A stretch of DNA of 25,847 nt. Source: an uncultured bacterium. Its GTDB lineage: Bacteria; Gemmatimonadota; Gemmatimonadetes; Gemmatimonadales; Gemmatimonadaceae. Every line of letters begins with the position of its first letter. The first letter of the stretch is position 1. Below the pieces are notes generated by a model. It ran no database searches. It was not told the origin of the DNA and saw nothing but the letters and a program-made list of their open reading frames with translations. The stretch spans positions 1 through 25,847 of the forward strand of contig CAXBQP010000046.1 of NCBI GenBank assembly GCA_963978095.1. The letters run 5' to 3'. Below are positions 9,575-19,329 of this stretch, one piece after another. The position numbers and the translations under genes were made by a program.

Positions 9575-9625
9575 TGACGGCTGCGTCACCTCTGGCGCAG
9601 GCAGTCCTCTCCGACCGCATTTGTC

Positions 9626-10765
9626 ATGAATCTTCACGAATATCAGGCGAAAGACATTCTGAAGGGGTTCGGCGTGCCGATCCCCCCCGGTGAAGTCGCC
9701 ACGACGCCCGAACACGCCAAGGCCCTTGCGGAGCAGTACGGCACCGCCGTCATGGTCAAAGCGCAGGTGCACGCCGGCGGCCGCGGGAAGGCCGGCGGCG
9801 TCAAGTTCTGCAAGACGCCCGCGGACGCGTTCGAGAAGGCCAGCAACATCCTCGGCATGGAGATCAAGGGGCTCACGGTCGAGAAGGTACTCGTGACCGT
9901 GGCCGCCGACATCGGCAGCGAGGCGTACGTGGGGATCATCGTCGATCGGGCGCGCAAGAAGCCCGTCTTCATGGTCAGCGCGGCCGGCGGCATCGACATC
10001 GAGCAGGTAGCTGCCGAGACCCCAGAGAAGATCAAGTACCACCCGGTGGACGTACGCTATGGCCTCCAGACGTACGAAGCCATGCAGCTCGGCTTCTTCC
10101 TGTATCAGGATGTCAAGCTCGCGCGCGCCGCGGCCAAGATCATGCAGCAGCTCTACGCCGCCTTCATGGCGAGCGGATGCTCGCTCGCCGAAATCAACCC
10201 GCTGGTCGTCACCCCCACTGGCGACGTGCTCGCGGTCGATGGCAAGATGGTGATCGACGACAACGAGCTCGACCGCAAGCCGGCCATCGCCGCGCTGCGC
10301 GACGAGTCGAGCGAAGCGCCGAGCGAGGTGGACGCGCGCAACAACAACCTCACCTTCATCAAGCTCGACGGTGACGTCGGCTGCGTGGTGAACGGCGCCG
10401 GTCTCGCGATGGCGACGATGGACCTCGTGAAGTACTACGGCGGCGAGCCGGCGAACTTCCTCGACATCGGCGGCTCGTCGAATCCGGAGAAGGTCGTCAA
10501 CGCGCTCCGCATCATCACGGCCGATCCGAACGTCAAGGCGATCCTGTTCAACATCTTCGGCGGCATCACCCGCACCGACGACGTCGCGAACGGTATCGTG
10601 ACCGCCACCAAGGCCAATCCGCTGAAGGTGCCGATCGTGATCCGCCTGACGGGGACCAACGAAGAGATCGCCATGAAGATTCTCACCGAGAACGGATTCT
10701 CCGCCTCGAGCGACATGGACGAAGCGGTGCAGAAGGCCGTCGCCCTCGCCAAGGGAGGGAACTAA
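9626..10765 (+). CDS. sucC: Succinate-CoA ligase (ADP-forming) beta subunit
   Basis: [55 protein letters not shown]. Confidence 0.98.
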   Translation: MNLHEYQAKDILKGFGVPIPPGEVATTPEHAKALAEQYGTAVMVKAQVHAGGRGKAGGVKFCKTPADAFEKASNILGMEIKGLTVEKVLVTVAADIGSEAYVGIIVDRARKKPVFMVSAAGGIDIEQVAAETPEKIKYHPVDVRYGLQTYEAMQLGFFLYQDVKLARAAAKIMQQLYAAFMASGCSLAEINPLVVTPTGDVLAVDGKMVIDDNELDRKPAIAALRDESSEAPSEVDARNNNLTFIKLDGDVGCVVNGAGLAMATMDLVKYYGGEPANFLDIGGSSNPEKVVNALRIITADPNVKAILFNIFGGITRTDDVANGIVTATKANPLKVPIVIRLTGTNEEIAMKILTENGFSASSDMDEAVQKAVALAKGGN

Positions 10766-10766
10766 G

Positions 10767-11639
10767 ATGAGCGTTTTCATTAATAAGGACACCAAGCTGG
10801 TGGTGCAGGGGATCACGGGTCGCGACGGCTCCTTCCACACCAAGCAGATGATGGAGTACGGCACGCAGGTCGTGGCCGGTGTGACGCCAGGCAAGGGCGG
10901 ACAGAAGTTCGAGGACCGGGTCCCCGTCTTCAACACCGTCGCCGACGCGGTCAGCGCGACCGGTGCGAACACCGCCGTGATCTATGTACCACCGCCGTTC
11001 GCGGCCGATGCGATCATGGAAGCCGCCGACAGCGGCGTGCAGCTCGTGGTCTGCATCACCGAAGGCGTGCCGGTGCTTGACATGACGAAGGTGTACCCCT
11101 TCGTGAAGGAGCGGGGCATCCGGCTCATCGGCCCGAACTGCCCGGGGCTCATCAGCCCGGGCGAGTCGAAGGTCGGCATCATCCCGGGGCGTATCTGCAC
11201 GCCAGGCCCGGTCGGCGTCGTGAGCCGCTCCGGTACGCTCACCTACGAGATCGTCTACCAGCTGACCCGTGCCGGCATCGGCCAGACCAGTTGCGTGGGA
11301 ATCGGCGGCGACCCGATCAACGGCACCAACTTCATCGACTGCCTCGCGGCATTCGAGGCGGATCCGAATACGAAGGCCGTAGCGATGATGGGCGAAATCG
11401 GCGGCACGGACGAGCAGGAAGCCGCCGACTTCGTCAAGCATCACATGACCAAGCCCGTCGTCGGTTTCATTGCCGGCCAGACCGCTCCGCCGGGCCGCCG
11501 CATGGGCCACGCGGGGGCCATCATCTCCGGGTCGGCGGGAACAGCGGCGGAAAAGATCGAAGCCTTCGAGGCGGCCGGAATGGGCGTCGCGAAGCGCCCG
11601 CTCGATTTCGTCGAGCTCATCAAGGCGCGCCTCAAGTAA
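10767..11639 (+). CDS. sucD: Succinate-CoA ligase alpha subunit
   Basis: [28 protein letters not shown], phospho-His RMGHAGA; SD-like GGGAGGG upstream. Confidence 0.98.
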   Translation: MSVFINKDTKLVVQGITGRDGSFHTKQMMEYGTQVVAGVTPGKGGQKFEDRVPVFNTVADAVSATGANTAVIYVPPPFAADAIMEAADSGVQLVVCITEGVPVLDMTKVYPFVKERGIRLIGPNCPGLISPGESKVGIIPGRICTPGPVGVVSRSGTLTYEIVYQLTRAGIGQTSCVGIGGDPINGTNFIDCLAAFEADPNTKAVAMMGEIGGTDEQEAADFVKHHMTKPVVGFIAGQTAPPGRRMGHAGAIISGSAGTAAEKIEAFEAAGMGVAKRPLDFVELIKARLK

Positions 11640-11659
11640 CTCACACCTCCATCATTGCG

Positions 11660-12082
11660 ATGTCGAATCGTACACTGACCATCATCAAGCCGGACGCCTT
11701 CGCCGGCGGCAAGGCGGGGCTCATCGTGGCCCACCTCGAAAAGCAGGGGTTCAAGTTGATCTCGGCGCGCGTGCTCAAGATGTCCAAGGAGCAGGCCGGC
11801 GAGTTTTACGGGGTGCACCGCGCCCGTCCGTTCTTCGGCGAACTCGTGGAGTTCATGACCAGCGACTACTGCATGCCGATGGTGCTGGAGAAGGAGAACG
11901 CCGTCGTGGCGCTGCGCGATGCCATCGGTGCCACCGACCCGGCCGAGGCCGCCGAGGGTACCGTTCGCAAGCTCTACGCCGAGTCCAAGGGAAGGAATGC
12001 GATTCATGCCTCGGATTCCGACGAGAATGCCGCTCGGGAAGCCCGGTTCTTTTTCGCCGAAACAGAGCTGATTCGGGCGTAA
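11660..12082 (+). CDS. ndk: Nucleoside diphosphate kinase
   Basis: [23 protein letters not shown], catalytic NAIHASDS; 140 aa from ATG 11660. Confidence 0.97.
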   Translation: MSNRTLTIIKPDAFAGGKAGLIVAHLEKQGFKLISARVLKMSKEQAGEFYGVHRARPFFGELVEFMTSDYCMPMVLEKENAVVALRDAIGATDPAEAAEGTVRKLYAESKGRNAIHASDSDENAAREARFFFAETELIRA

Positions 12083-12140
12083 GCCCGCTTCTCGGACGAT
12101 CGTACTGGTCGTTCGGGGGCTGGAAGTCGCCTAACTCACG

Positions 12141-12170
12141 CAGGGATGCGGAGTTGACCCCGCATCCCTG
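12141..12170. repeat. Perfect 11-bp inverted repeat (terminator hairpin or operator)
   Basis: CAGGGATGCGG (12141-12151), 8-nt spacer AGTTGACC, CCGCATCCCTG (12160-12170), then TTGT. Confidence 0.8.
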
Positions 12171-12182
12171 TTGTCGTATATT
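12154..12182 (+). promoter_or_regulatory. sigma70-type promoter of the yceD-rpmF-plsX-fab operon
   Basis: TTGACC (12154-12159), 17 nt, TATATT (12177-12182); ATG 8 nt downstream. Confidence 0.75.
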
Positions 12183-12190
12183 GCATAGCT

Positions 12191-12667
12191 ATGCTGTCGA
12201 TTCCGGTTCGGACCGTCCTCGCGGGTGCAGTGCAGGTGAGCGGCAGCTTGGATGCCGACGATGCCATATGGGAAGCAGGCGATGGTGTTCCGGTCGGCAC
12301 CATTTCGGTGGTGGGCCGGTTATCGGTCGCCGGAACGGGGCGGTATTACTTCAGTGGGCAGTTCTCCGGATCCGCGCACGGGGAATGCCGCCGTTGTCTG
12401 ACCGAGATGCAAACGCCGGTGCATGTGGAGTCGCAACTGATATTCGCCGAGGATCTCTCGGAGAGTGAGGACGACCCCGATGTGTACCCGGTGGCTGGGG
12501 GAAAGCGCGGAGATGAGATCGACCTGCGTCCGGCCCTTCGCGAGCAGTGGTTGCTGGAAGTTCCCGCATTCGTGCTGTGTCGCCCCGACTGCAAGGGGCT
12601 GTGCCTGACATGCGGTGCCAATCTGAACCAGGGTGCCTGCAGCTGCGCCCGGAAGAGCAAAGAGTGA
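12191..12667 (+). CDS. yceD: DUF177/YceD family protein
   Basis: ECRRCL and LCRPDCKGLCLTCGANLNQGACSC motifs; usual position upstream of rpmF. Confidence 0.9.
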   Translation: MLSIPVRTVLAGAVQVSGSLDADDAIWEAGDGVPVGTISVVGRLSVAGTGRYYFSGQFSGSAHGECRRCLTEMQTPVHVESQLIFAEDLSESEDDPDVYPVAGGKRGDEIDLRPALREQWLLEVPAFVLCRPDCKGLCLTCGANLNQGACSCARKSKE

Positions 12668-12670
12668 ATC

Positions 12671-12853
12671 ATGGCCGTACCGAAGAGAAGGACTTCCAAG
12701 CGGAAGAAGCGCGCCCGTAACACGCACAAGGTCGCGCCGAAGATCGCGATCCAAGCGTGCCCGAAGTGCGGCGCCACCAAGCGTCCGCACCACGTGTGCG
12801 GTGAGTGCGGCTTCTACGCCGGCGAACAGCGGGTCGCGGCCAAGGAAGCCTGA
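12671..12853 (+). CDS. rpmF: 50S ribosomal protein L32 (zinc-ribbon form)
   Basis: MAVPKRRTSK...CPKCG...PHHVCGECGFY. Confidence 0.97.
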   Translation: MAVPKRRTSKRKKRARNTHKVAPKIAIQACPKCGATKRPHHVCGECGFYAGEQRVAAKEA

Positions 12854-12855
12854 CA

Positions 12856-13887
12856 TTGGCCCGCATCGCACTCGATGCGATGGGGGGTGATCACGCGCCG
12901 TCGGCACCCGTCGGTGGCGCGCTGCTCGCTTTGCAGGAACTCGACGCGGCCCACAGCATCCAGCTGGTGGGGCGGGAGTCGGTCGTTCGCGCCGAACTCG
13001 ACCGGCAACTCGCGGGCGATTTCGGAGGGCTGCGCGATGTCGTGGCAGCGCGCCTCTCGATCGTGCACGCCGACGAGGTGATCGAGATGACCGACAAACC
13101 GTCGGTCGCGATCCGGGGAAAACCGAACAGTTCGATGGCGGTCGGATTGCGCCTGCAGCCGGAGGGGAAGTCGGAGGCCTTCGTGTCCGCCGGCAACACC
13201 GGTGCGCAGATGGCCGCATCCACCTTCATTCTGCGGCTCCACGACGGATTGACGCGCCCCGCCATTTCCACGCTCTTCCCGACGGTCTCCCACCCCTTGG
13301 TGGTGCTTGACTCCGGGGCCAATGTCGACTGCAGTGCGCAGGAGTTGGTCTCCTTCGCGCGCCTGGGGTCGGTGTACGCGGCGGATATCCTGGGGCGGCA
13401 GAACCCGAGCGTCGGACTCTTGTCCATCGGCGAGGAGGCGGAGAAAGGGAACGCCGTGGTGAAGGAGGCGCACCAGCTGTTGCGAGCTGCGGAAGGGATC
13501 AATTTCCAGGGCAACATCGAAGGGCGGGACCTCCCGTTGGCCGCCAGCGAGCGCGGACCGATCGACGTGGTGGTCTGCGATGGTTTCGTCGGCAATGTCC
13601 TGCTGAAGTTCTACGAATCGGTCGCTCCGATGATCTTCGGGGTCCTCGGCAGGCACGGGGTGACGCGTGAACAGATCGCCGGTGCCCTCTCCCATCTGGA
13701 CTATGCGAGCGTGGGCGGCGCGCCATTGCTTGGGGTCAAGGGCGTCAGCATCATCTGCCACGGGAAGTCGTCCCCCAAGGCGATCAAGAACGCGGTGCTC
13801 GTGGCCACGAAAACCGTGGAAAGTGGCATGAGCACGCACATCGGCCAGGCGCTGAGCCGCACCACGCCTCCCGAGGAGAGGGCATGA
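12856..13887 (+). CDS. plsX: Phosphate acyltransferase PlsX
   Basis: IALDAMGGDHAP, SAGNTGA, DSGANVD, GEEAEKG, VVVCDGFVGN, GGAPLLG, HGKS. Start TTG 12856, 2 nt after the rpmF stop. Confidence 0.95.
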   Translation: MARIALDAMGGDHAPSAPVGGALLALQELDAAHSIQLVGRESVVRAELDRQLAGDFGGLRDVVAARLSIVHADEVIEMTDKPSVAIRGKPNSSMAVGLRLQPEGKSEAFVSAGNTGAQMAASTFILRLHDGLTRPAISTLFPTVSHPLVVLDSGANVDCSAQELVSFARLGSVYAADILGRQNPSVGLLSIGEEAEKGNAVVKEAHQLLRAAEGINFQGNIEGRDLPLAASERGPIDVVVCDGFVGNVLLKFYESVAPMIFGVLGRHGVTREQIAGALSHLDYASVGGAPLLGVKGVSIICHGKSSPKAIKNAVLVATKTVESGMSTHIGQALSRTTPPEERA

Positions 13888-14873
13888 AACGGCCGTACGC
13901 GATGATCGCGGGAACGGGTCATGCGACACCGAAGCGCGCGATGTCGAATCACGACTTCGCGGCGATCGGCGTGGACACGTCGGATGAGTGGATCCGCGAG
14001 CGCACCGGCATCGGTCAACGGTACGTCGCCGCCGAAGGGGAGACGTTGACCAGCATCTCCGTCGAGGCGGCGCGTCAGGCGATGGCCGCCGCCGGGGTCA
14101 CGGCCGCCGAGCTCGACGCGATCCTTCTCGGCACCGCATCACCGGATCGGCTGTTGCCGGCAACCGCCGTCGAGATCCAGGCGGCGCTGGGCGCCACGCG
14201 TGCCGTCGCGTTCGACCTGAGTGCGGCGTGCAGCGGCTGGCTCTATGCGTCGCAGGTGGCCGAAGGGCTGATGGCCACCGGCGGCTACGAGACGATCCTC
14301 GTGATCGGCGCCGAGCTGTTGAGCCGCATCATCAACTGGCAGGACCGCAACACCTGCGTGATCTTCGGGGACGGCGCGGGTGCGACGATCATGAAGCGCT
14401 CCACCAAGGGTCGCGGCGTGCTCTCCGCCTATATGCGGAGCGATGGAACGCTTGCCGACCTGCTGCAGCGCGCCAAGGGCGGTGCGGCCTTCCCGAGCAC
14501 CCCGGAGGTGCTCGCCGAGGGCAGCGACAAGATCACGATGGCGGGTCGCGAGGTCTTCAAGAACGCCGTCCGCTCCATGGCGGACGCCAGCGATCGCGCC
14601 CTCGATGGCGCCAAGTTGAGTGCCGCGGACATCGACCTGATGATCCCGCACCAGGCCAACATCCGGATCATCGAAGCGACGGCCAAGCATGCGGGCATTC
14701 CGCTCGAGAAAGTGTTCGTGAATGTCGATCGATTCGGCAACACCTCCGCCGCCTCCATCCCGATCGCACTCGACGAAGCCATGCGCTCCGGTCGAATCCC
14801 CGAGGGCTCGCTGGTGATGTTCGTCGCCTTTGGCGCCGGATTCACGTGGGGCTCGATGGTCGTCCGCTTCTAG
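13884..14873 (+). CDS. fabH: 3-oxoacyl-ACP synthase III
   Basis: DTSDEWIRERTGI; Cys-His-Asn triad in AACSG, PHQAN, GNTSAAS; FGAGFTWG. Confidence 0.96.
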   Translation: MKRPYAMIAGTGHATPKRAMSNHDFAAIGVDTSDEWIRERTGIGQRYVAAEGETLTSISVEAARQAMAAAGVTAAELDAILLGTASPDRLLPATAVEIQAALGATRAVAFDLSAACSGWLYASQVAEGLMATGGYETILVIGAELLSRIINWQDRNTCVIFGDGAGATIMKRSTKGRGVLSAYMRSDGTLADLLQRAKGGAAFPSTPEVLAEGSDKITMAGREVFKNAVRSMADASDRALDGAKLSAADIDLMIPHQANIRIIEATAKHAGIPLEKVFVNVDRFGNTSAASIPIALDEAMRSGRIPEGSLVMFVAFGAGFTWGSMVVRF

Positions 14874-14886
14874 CCCGTCGCGCGAC

Positions 14887-15849
14887 ATGGATCAGCAGCA
14901 GTTCCTCGTCATGTTCCCGGGGCAGGGGTCGCAGAAGCCCGGGATGTCCAAGGACCTCGTCGCTGCGTTCCCCGAGGCGGCGCAGGTGTGGGAACAGGTG
15001 GATCGCGCGCTGGGGGTGAAGCTGAGTGACTTGGCCTTCGATGGATCCGCGGAAGAGCTGACCCTCACCCACAATGCGCAGCCCGCCCTCTTGGCGCACA
15101 GCGTGGCCGTGTGGCGGGTGCTGGCGACGCGCGTGCCGCGTACGGCGTTCATTGCGGCGGCCGGTCACTCGCTCGGGGAGTTTTCCGCGTACGTCGCAGC
15201 CGGGACGCTCGAACTCGGGGAAGGGGCGCGGCTGGTGCGCCGGCGGGGCGAGTTGATGCTGCAGGCCGGCACGGACCGTCCCGGTGCGATGGCGGCCGTC
15301 ATGGGGCGGACGGATCCGGGGATCGAGGCGATCTGTGCGCTCTCGGGGCACGTCGGGACCGTCGTCCCCGCGAACTACAACTCCCCGGAACAGGTCGTGA
15401 TCTCGGGTGAGATCGACGCGGTGGAAGCAGCCATGGCCCGCGCGAAGGATGCCGGGGCGAAGCGCGCGATGCGCCTGAATGTCAGTGGCGCTTTCCATTC
15501 GCCGCTCATGCGCCCCGCGGCGGAGGCGTTCTCGGTGGCGCTGTCGCAGTGCCACGTGCGACACCCGACCATGCCGGTCTACTGCAACGTCTCCGCCGAG
15601 GCCGTTCGCGATGCCGAGTCGGCGGCGATCCTGCTGGTGGATCAGCTGACGAGCCCCGTCCGCTGGGTCCGCGTCATGGAGACCATGTGCGGCGACTACC
15701 CCCGGGTTCCGGTCATCGAGATGGGGACCGGGAATGTGCTGTGCGGTTTGGCCAAGCGGATCGTCCCTGATGTGGAGTGTTTCCCGGTGGGGATGACGAC
15801 CGATGTCGAGAAGTTCATGGCGCGATTCTCTTCTTCCTCCCAGGCATGA
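14887..15849 (+). CDS. fabD: Malonyl-CoA:ACP transacylase
   Basis: FPGQGSQ, GHSLGE, VSGAFHS, SPVRW; start ATG 14887. Confidence 0.96.
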   Translation: MDQQQFLVMFPGQGSQKPGMSKDLVAAFPEAAQVWEQVDRALGVKLSDLAFDGSAEELTLTHNAQPALLAHSVAVWRVLATRVPRTAFIAAAGHSLGEFSAYVAAGTLELGEGARLVRRRGELMLQAGTDRPGAMAAVMGRTDPGIEAICALSGHVGTVVPANYNSPEQVVISGEIDAVEAAMARAKDAGAKRAMRLNVSGAFHSPLMRPAAEAFSVALSQCHVRHPTMPVYCNVSAEAVRDAESAAILLVDQLTSPVRWVRVMETMCGDYPRVPVIEMGTGNVLCGLAKRIVPDVECFPVGMTTDVEKFMARFSSSSQA

Positions 15850-16589
15850 CCCTCGCAATCGATCTGTCCGGCAAAGTGGCACTCGTCACTGGCAGCACCC
15901 GCGGCATCGGACGCAGCATCGCGTCGACGTTGGCGGCGGCGGGGGCGCGCGTCGCGGTCGTTGGACGTGACACGGCCAACGCGCAGGCGGTAGCCGCCGA
16001 ACTGGGCGACGCGCACCGTGGATTCGGCTGCGACGTCTCGGACCCGACCCAGGTCGCGGCGCTCGTGGCGGCAGTTGAGGAGCAGCTGGGCAGCTGCGAC
16101 ATCCTGGTGAACAACGCCGGCATCACCCGGGACAACCTGATGCTCCGCATGAAGGACGACGACTGGGATGCCGTGCTGGACGCGAACCTGCGCTCCGCCT
16201 TTGTGGCGATCCGTGCCGCGAGCCGTGGGATGATGAAGCGGCGCTGGGGGCGGATCATCAACATCACGAGTGTCGTCGGCCTGATGGGCAACAAAGGGCA
16301 GGCGAACTACGCGGCCAGCAAGGCCGGGTTGATCGGTCTGACCAAGTCCGTGGCCAAGGAACTTGCGTCCCGCAACATCGTTTGTAACGCAGTGGCTCCG
16401 GGTTTCATCCAGACGGACATGACCGATGCGATGACCGCCGAGGCACGCGCCGTGCTGCAGGGGCAGATTCCGCTGGAGCGCCTCGGGGCGCCGGGGGATG
16501 TCGCCCAAGCGGTGGCGTTTCTGGCCAGTGACATGGCAGCCTACATGACGGGTCAAGTTCTGGTCGTCGATGGCGGCCTGTTGATGTGA
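15846..16589 (+). CDS. fabG: 3-oxoacyl-ACP reductase
   Basis: TGSTRGIG, NNAGITRD, YAASK, PGFIQTDMT; ATGA overlap with fabD. Confidence 0.96.
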   Translation: MTLAIDLSGKVALVTGSTRGIGRSIASTLAAAGARVAVVGRDTANAQAVAAELGDAHRGFGCDVSDPTQVAALVAAVEEQLGSCDILVNNAGITRDNLMLRMKDDDWDAVLDANLRSAFVAIRAASRGMMKRRWGRIINITSVVGLMGNKGQANYAASKAGLIGLTKSVAKELASRNIVCNAVAPGFIQTDMTDAMTAEARAVLQGQIPLERLGAPGDVAQAVAFLASDMAAYMTGQVLVVDGGLLM

Positions 16590-16615
16590 CGTTGGACTGC
16601 TCCATTCGCTATATT
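16586..16615 (+). promoter_or_regulatory. Candidate internal promoter for acpP-fabF
   Basis: GTGACG (16586-16591), 18 nt, TATATT (16610-16615). Confidence 0.55.
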
Positions 16616-16621
16616 TCTGCA

Positions 16622-16666
16622 GTGTTTTCCCACCCTATCGATCAGAGGATTGGAGTCTATGGCTGA
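16622..16666 (+). other. Candidate 14-aa leaderless uORF ([14 protein letters not shown])
   Basis: GTG 6 nt after the -10 box; TGA 16664-16666 overlaps the acpP start (ATGGCTGA). Confidence 0.3.
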
Positions 16667-16898
16667 CCATTCGGAGAAGGTCAAGGACATCATCGAGAAG
16701 GAGCTCGGTGTGGAGCGTGAGAAGCTCACCAGCGAGGCGAGCTTCATCGAGGACCTTGGCGCCGACAGCCTCGATATCGTCGAGCTGGTGATGGAGTTCG
16801 AGAAGGAGTTCAACATCGACATCCCTGACGAGGACGCGGAGAAGCTCCGCACGGTCGGCGATGCGACCACGTATTTGAACGGCAAGATCGGCGCCTGA
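16659..16898 (+). CDS. acpP: Acyl carrier protein
   Basis: Acidic 79-aa protein with DLGADSLD phosphopantetheine site; AGAGGA/GGAG upstream of ATG 16659. Confidence 0.97.
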   Translation: MADHSEKVKDIIEKELGVEREKLTSEASFIEDLGADSLDIVELVMEFEKEFNIDIPDEDAEKLRTVGDATTYLNGKIGA

Positions 16899-18139
16899 TG
16901 AAACGGCGGGTCGTCGTCACCGGTATCGGGTGCGTCACGCCGGTCGGAAACGACGTGGCGACGACCTGGGATTCCCTCCTGGCCGGACGGTCAGGCGGGG
17001 CTCCGATCACGCAGTTTGATACCACGGCATTCAAGGTCAAGTTCGCATGTGAGGTCAAGAACTTCGACCCGCAGCAGTACATGGACCGCAAGGAAGTGAA
17101 GCGCACCGACCGCTATTCCCAGCTCGCGATGGCCGCTGCGGTCCAGGCGATGGCGGATGCGTTCCCTGATGGCACCGGGTACTCCCAGGAGACGACGGGT
17201 GTCGTGATCGGCAGTGGCATCGGGGGGATCTCCACGTTCGAAGAGCAGCTCGACGTCTACAAGCGTCTTGGCCCGTCCAAGATCTCGGCGTTCTTCGTCC
17301 CGATGTTCATTGGTGACATCGCGTCCGGTGTGGTGTCCATGCGGTTCCACGCGAAGGGGCCGAACTATGCGGTGCAGAGTGCCTGCGCCACGAGTGGACA
17401 CGCCATCGGCGATTCCTTCCGCATGATCCAGTACGGGGACGCGGACGTGATGATCTGCGGCGGTTCGGAGGCGTCCGTCTCGCCGATGGCGATGGGCGGC
17501 TTCACCAACATGCAGGCGCTGTCCGAGCGGAACGATTCCCCTGCCACGGCGAGCCGTCCCTTTGATGCAACGCGCGATGGTTTCGTGTTGGGTGAGGGAT
17601 CCGGCATCCTGATTCTCGAGGAGCTGGAGCACGCCAAGCGTCGCGGTGCCAAGATCTACGCCGAAATCGCCGGCTACGGCGCCACGGGCGATGCGTACCA
17701 TCTGACCGGCCAGCCGGACGCGCATGAAGGGCTGCAGCGCGCCATGAAGAAAGCCATGGCGGACGCGAAGATGGGTCCGGCGGACGTGCAGTACATCAAT
17801 GCGCATGGGACGAGCACACCGCTGAACGATCCGAACGAGATCCGCGCCATCAAGGCCGTGTTCGGCGCGCACGCAACGGCGCTGAACGTCAGCTCGACCA
17901 AGAGTGCAACAGGGCACATGCTGGGTGCGGCCGGAGCGGTGGAGTCGATCTTCACCTCACTGGCGATCACGCATGGGACGATTCCGCCGACGATCAACCT
18001 CCAGACTGCCGACCCCGAGTGCGATCTCGATTGCACCGCGAACGTGCCTGCCACCCGTCAGGTCACCGGGGCACTCAGCAACTCGTCGGGCTTCGGCGGT
18101 CACAACGTCTGTATCGCGATCCGGCGATACCAGGAGTAG
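16898..18139 (+). CDS. fabF: 3-oxoacyl-ACP synthase II
   Basis: RRVVVTG, SACAT, SRPFD..RDGFVLGEG, INAHGTST, KSATGHMLGAAG, GFGGHN. Confidence 0.97.
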   Translation: MKRRVVVTGIGCVTPVGNDVATTWDSLLAGRSGGAPITQFDTTAFKVKFACEVKNFDPQQYMDRKEVKRTDRYSQLAMAAAVQAMADAFPDGTGYSQETTGVVIGSGIGGISTFEEQLDVYKRLGPSKISAFFVPMFIGDIASGVVSMRFHAKGPNYAVQSACATSGHAIGDSFRMIQYGDADVMICGGSEASVSPMAMGGFTNMQALSERNDSPATASRPFDATRDGFVLGEGSGILILEELEHAKRRGAKIYAEIAGYGATGDAYHLTGQPDAHEGLQRAMKKAMADAKMGPADVQYINAHGTSTPLNDPNEIRAIKAVFGAHATALNVSSTKSATGHMLGAAGAVESIFTSLAITHGTIPPTINLQTADPECDLDCTANVPATRQVTGALSNSSGFGGHNVCIAIRRYQE

Positions 18140-18141
18140 TC

Positions 18142-19329
18142 GTGTTCGAAGGGAAGGTGGCGGTCGACCTGCGCGGGCTGGCATTCGACAGAATCTCCGA
18201 CGGTGCGGTCCGCCGGATCGCCGAGCGGGTGGCGGCCGGAGAGCGACTCGCCCCGGCCGACGCGTTGGTCCTGTACCACTCGCACGACCTGCTGGGTATC
18301 GGGACGCTGGCGGACGCGGTCAACCGCGCCAAGAACGGTGACATTGTCACCTTCGCGTCCAATCAGCACATCAATCCGACCAACATTTGCACGTTGCGTG
18401 CCACCTGTACCTTCTGCGGCTACGCGCGACTCCCGAAGGAGTCGGGGGCGTATCGCTACACGATGGACCAGGTACTCGCCGAGGCCGCACACGCCGCGGA
18501 CGGCATGACGAAGGAGTATCACATCGTTGGCGGCCTGGACATGAAAGCGGGGCTTGCCTATTACCAGGAGATGTTCCGGACCCTCAAGGCCAACTTCCCG
18601 CACGTGCATATCAAGGCACTGACGGCGGTGGAGATCGCGCACATCGCGCGCATCGAGAAGATGACTTGGAGGGACGTCCTGATCGCGTTGCGGGAGGCAG
18701 GGCTCGATACCATGCCGGGAGGGGGTGCGGAGACCTTCAGCGCCGCCGTCCGGGAGAAGATCGCGGGCAAGAAGCTCGCGGGTGCCGACTACATCGGGGT
18801 ACATCGGGCGGCGCACGAGTTGGGGATCCGCTCCAACTGCACCATGCTCTACGGGCACGTGGAGACGCTCCAGGACCGCGTGGACCATTTGGTGATGCTG
18901 CGCGACCTGCAGGACGAAACCGGGGGATTCCTCGCCTATATTCCGCTCGCCTATCACCCCGACGACAACGCGCTCGGAGCGGAACTCGGGCGTCGCGGGA
19001 CGTCGACCGGCGGCATGGATGACCTGAAGATGCTCGCCATCGGCCGCATCTTCCTCGACAACTTCAGGCACGTGAAGAGCCACTGGATCATGGTCACGCA
19101 GGCCATGTCGCAGGTCGGCTTGCACTTCGGCGTGAACGATCTCGAGGGGACCGTGGTGCGGGAAAAGATCTATCACGCGGTCGGGGCGCACACCCCGCAG
19201 GGGATGACGCTCGAGGCGTTGCTGACACTCATCCGCGGCGCCGGGAAGCAACCGGCGGAACGGGATTCATTCTATCGCATCCTGCGCACCTTTGACGCCG
19301 GTGCCCCCGAGCTGCCGATCGCCGTATGA
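18142..19329 (+). CDS. mqnE: Aminofutalosine synthase MqnE (CofH-like radical SAM enzyme)
   Basis: HINPTNIC, HIVGG, HIKALTAVEI, MPGGGAE, SNCTMLYGH, LRDLQDETGGF, EKIYH; next to mqnA and mqnC. GTG 18142 with AGGAG upstream. Confidence 0.85.
   Translation: MFEGKVAVDLRGLAFDRISDGAVRRIAERVAAGERLAPADALVLYHSHDLLGIGTLADAVNRAKNGDIVTFASNQHINPTNICTLRATCTFCGYARLPKESGAYRYTMDQVLAEAAHAADGMTKEYHIVGGLDMKAGLAYYQEMFRTLKANFPHVHIKALTAVEIAHIARIEKMTWRDVLIALREAGLDTMPGGGAETFSAAVREKIAGKKLAGADYIGVHRAAHELGIRSNCTMLYGHVETLQDRVDHLVMLRDLQDETGGFLAYIPLAYHPDDNALGAELGRRGTSTGGMDDLKMLAIGRIFLDNFRHVKSHWIMVTQAMSQVGLHFGVNDLEGTVVREKIYHAVGAHTPQGMTLEALLTLIRGAGKQPAERDSFYRILRTFDAGAPELPIAV

Noticed and set aside
9575..9588. TGACG-GCTG-CGTCA palindrome upstream of sucC as an FNR/CRP site
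   Set aside because: Only 5-bp arms, and spacing fits neither TTGAT-N4-ATCAA nor TGTGA-N6-TCACA.
12191..12667. More A/T-ending codons in yceD, suggesting foreign origin
   Set aside because: The gene sits in its conserved position before rpmF; weaker codon bias explains it.
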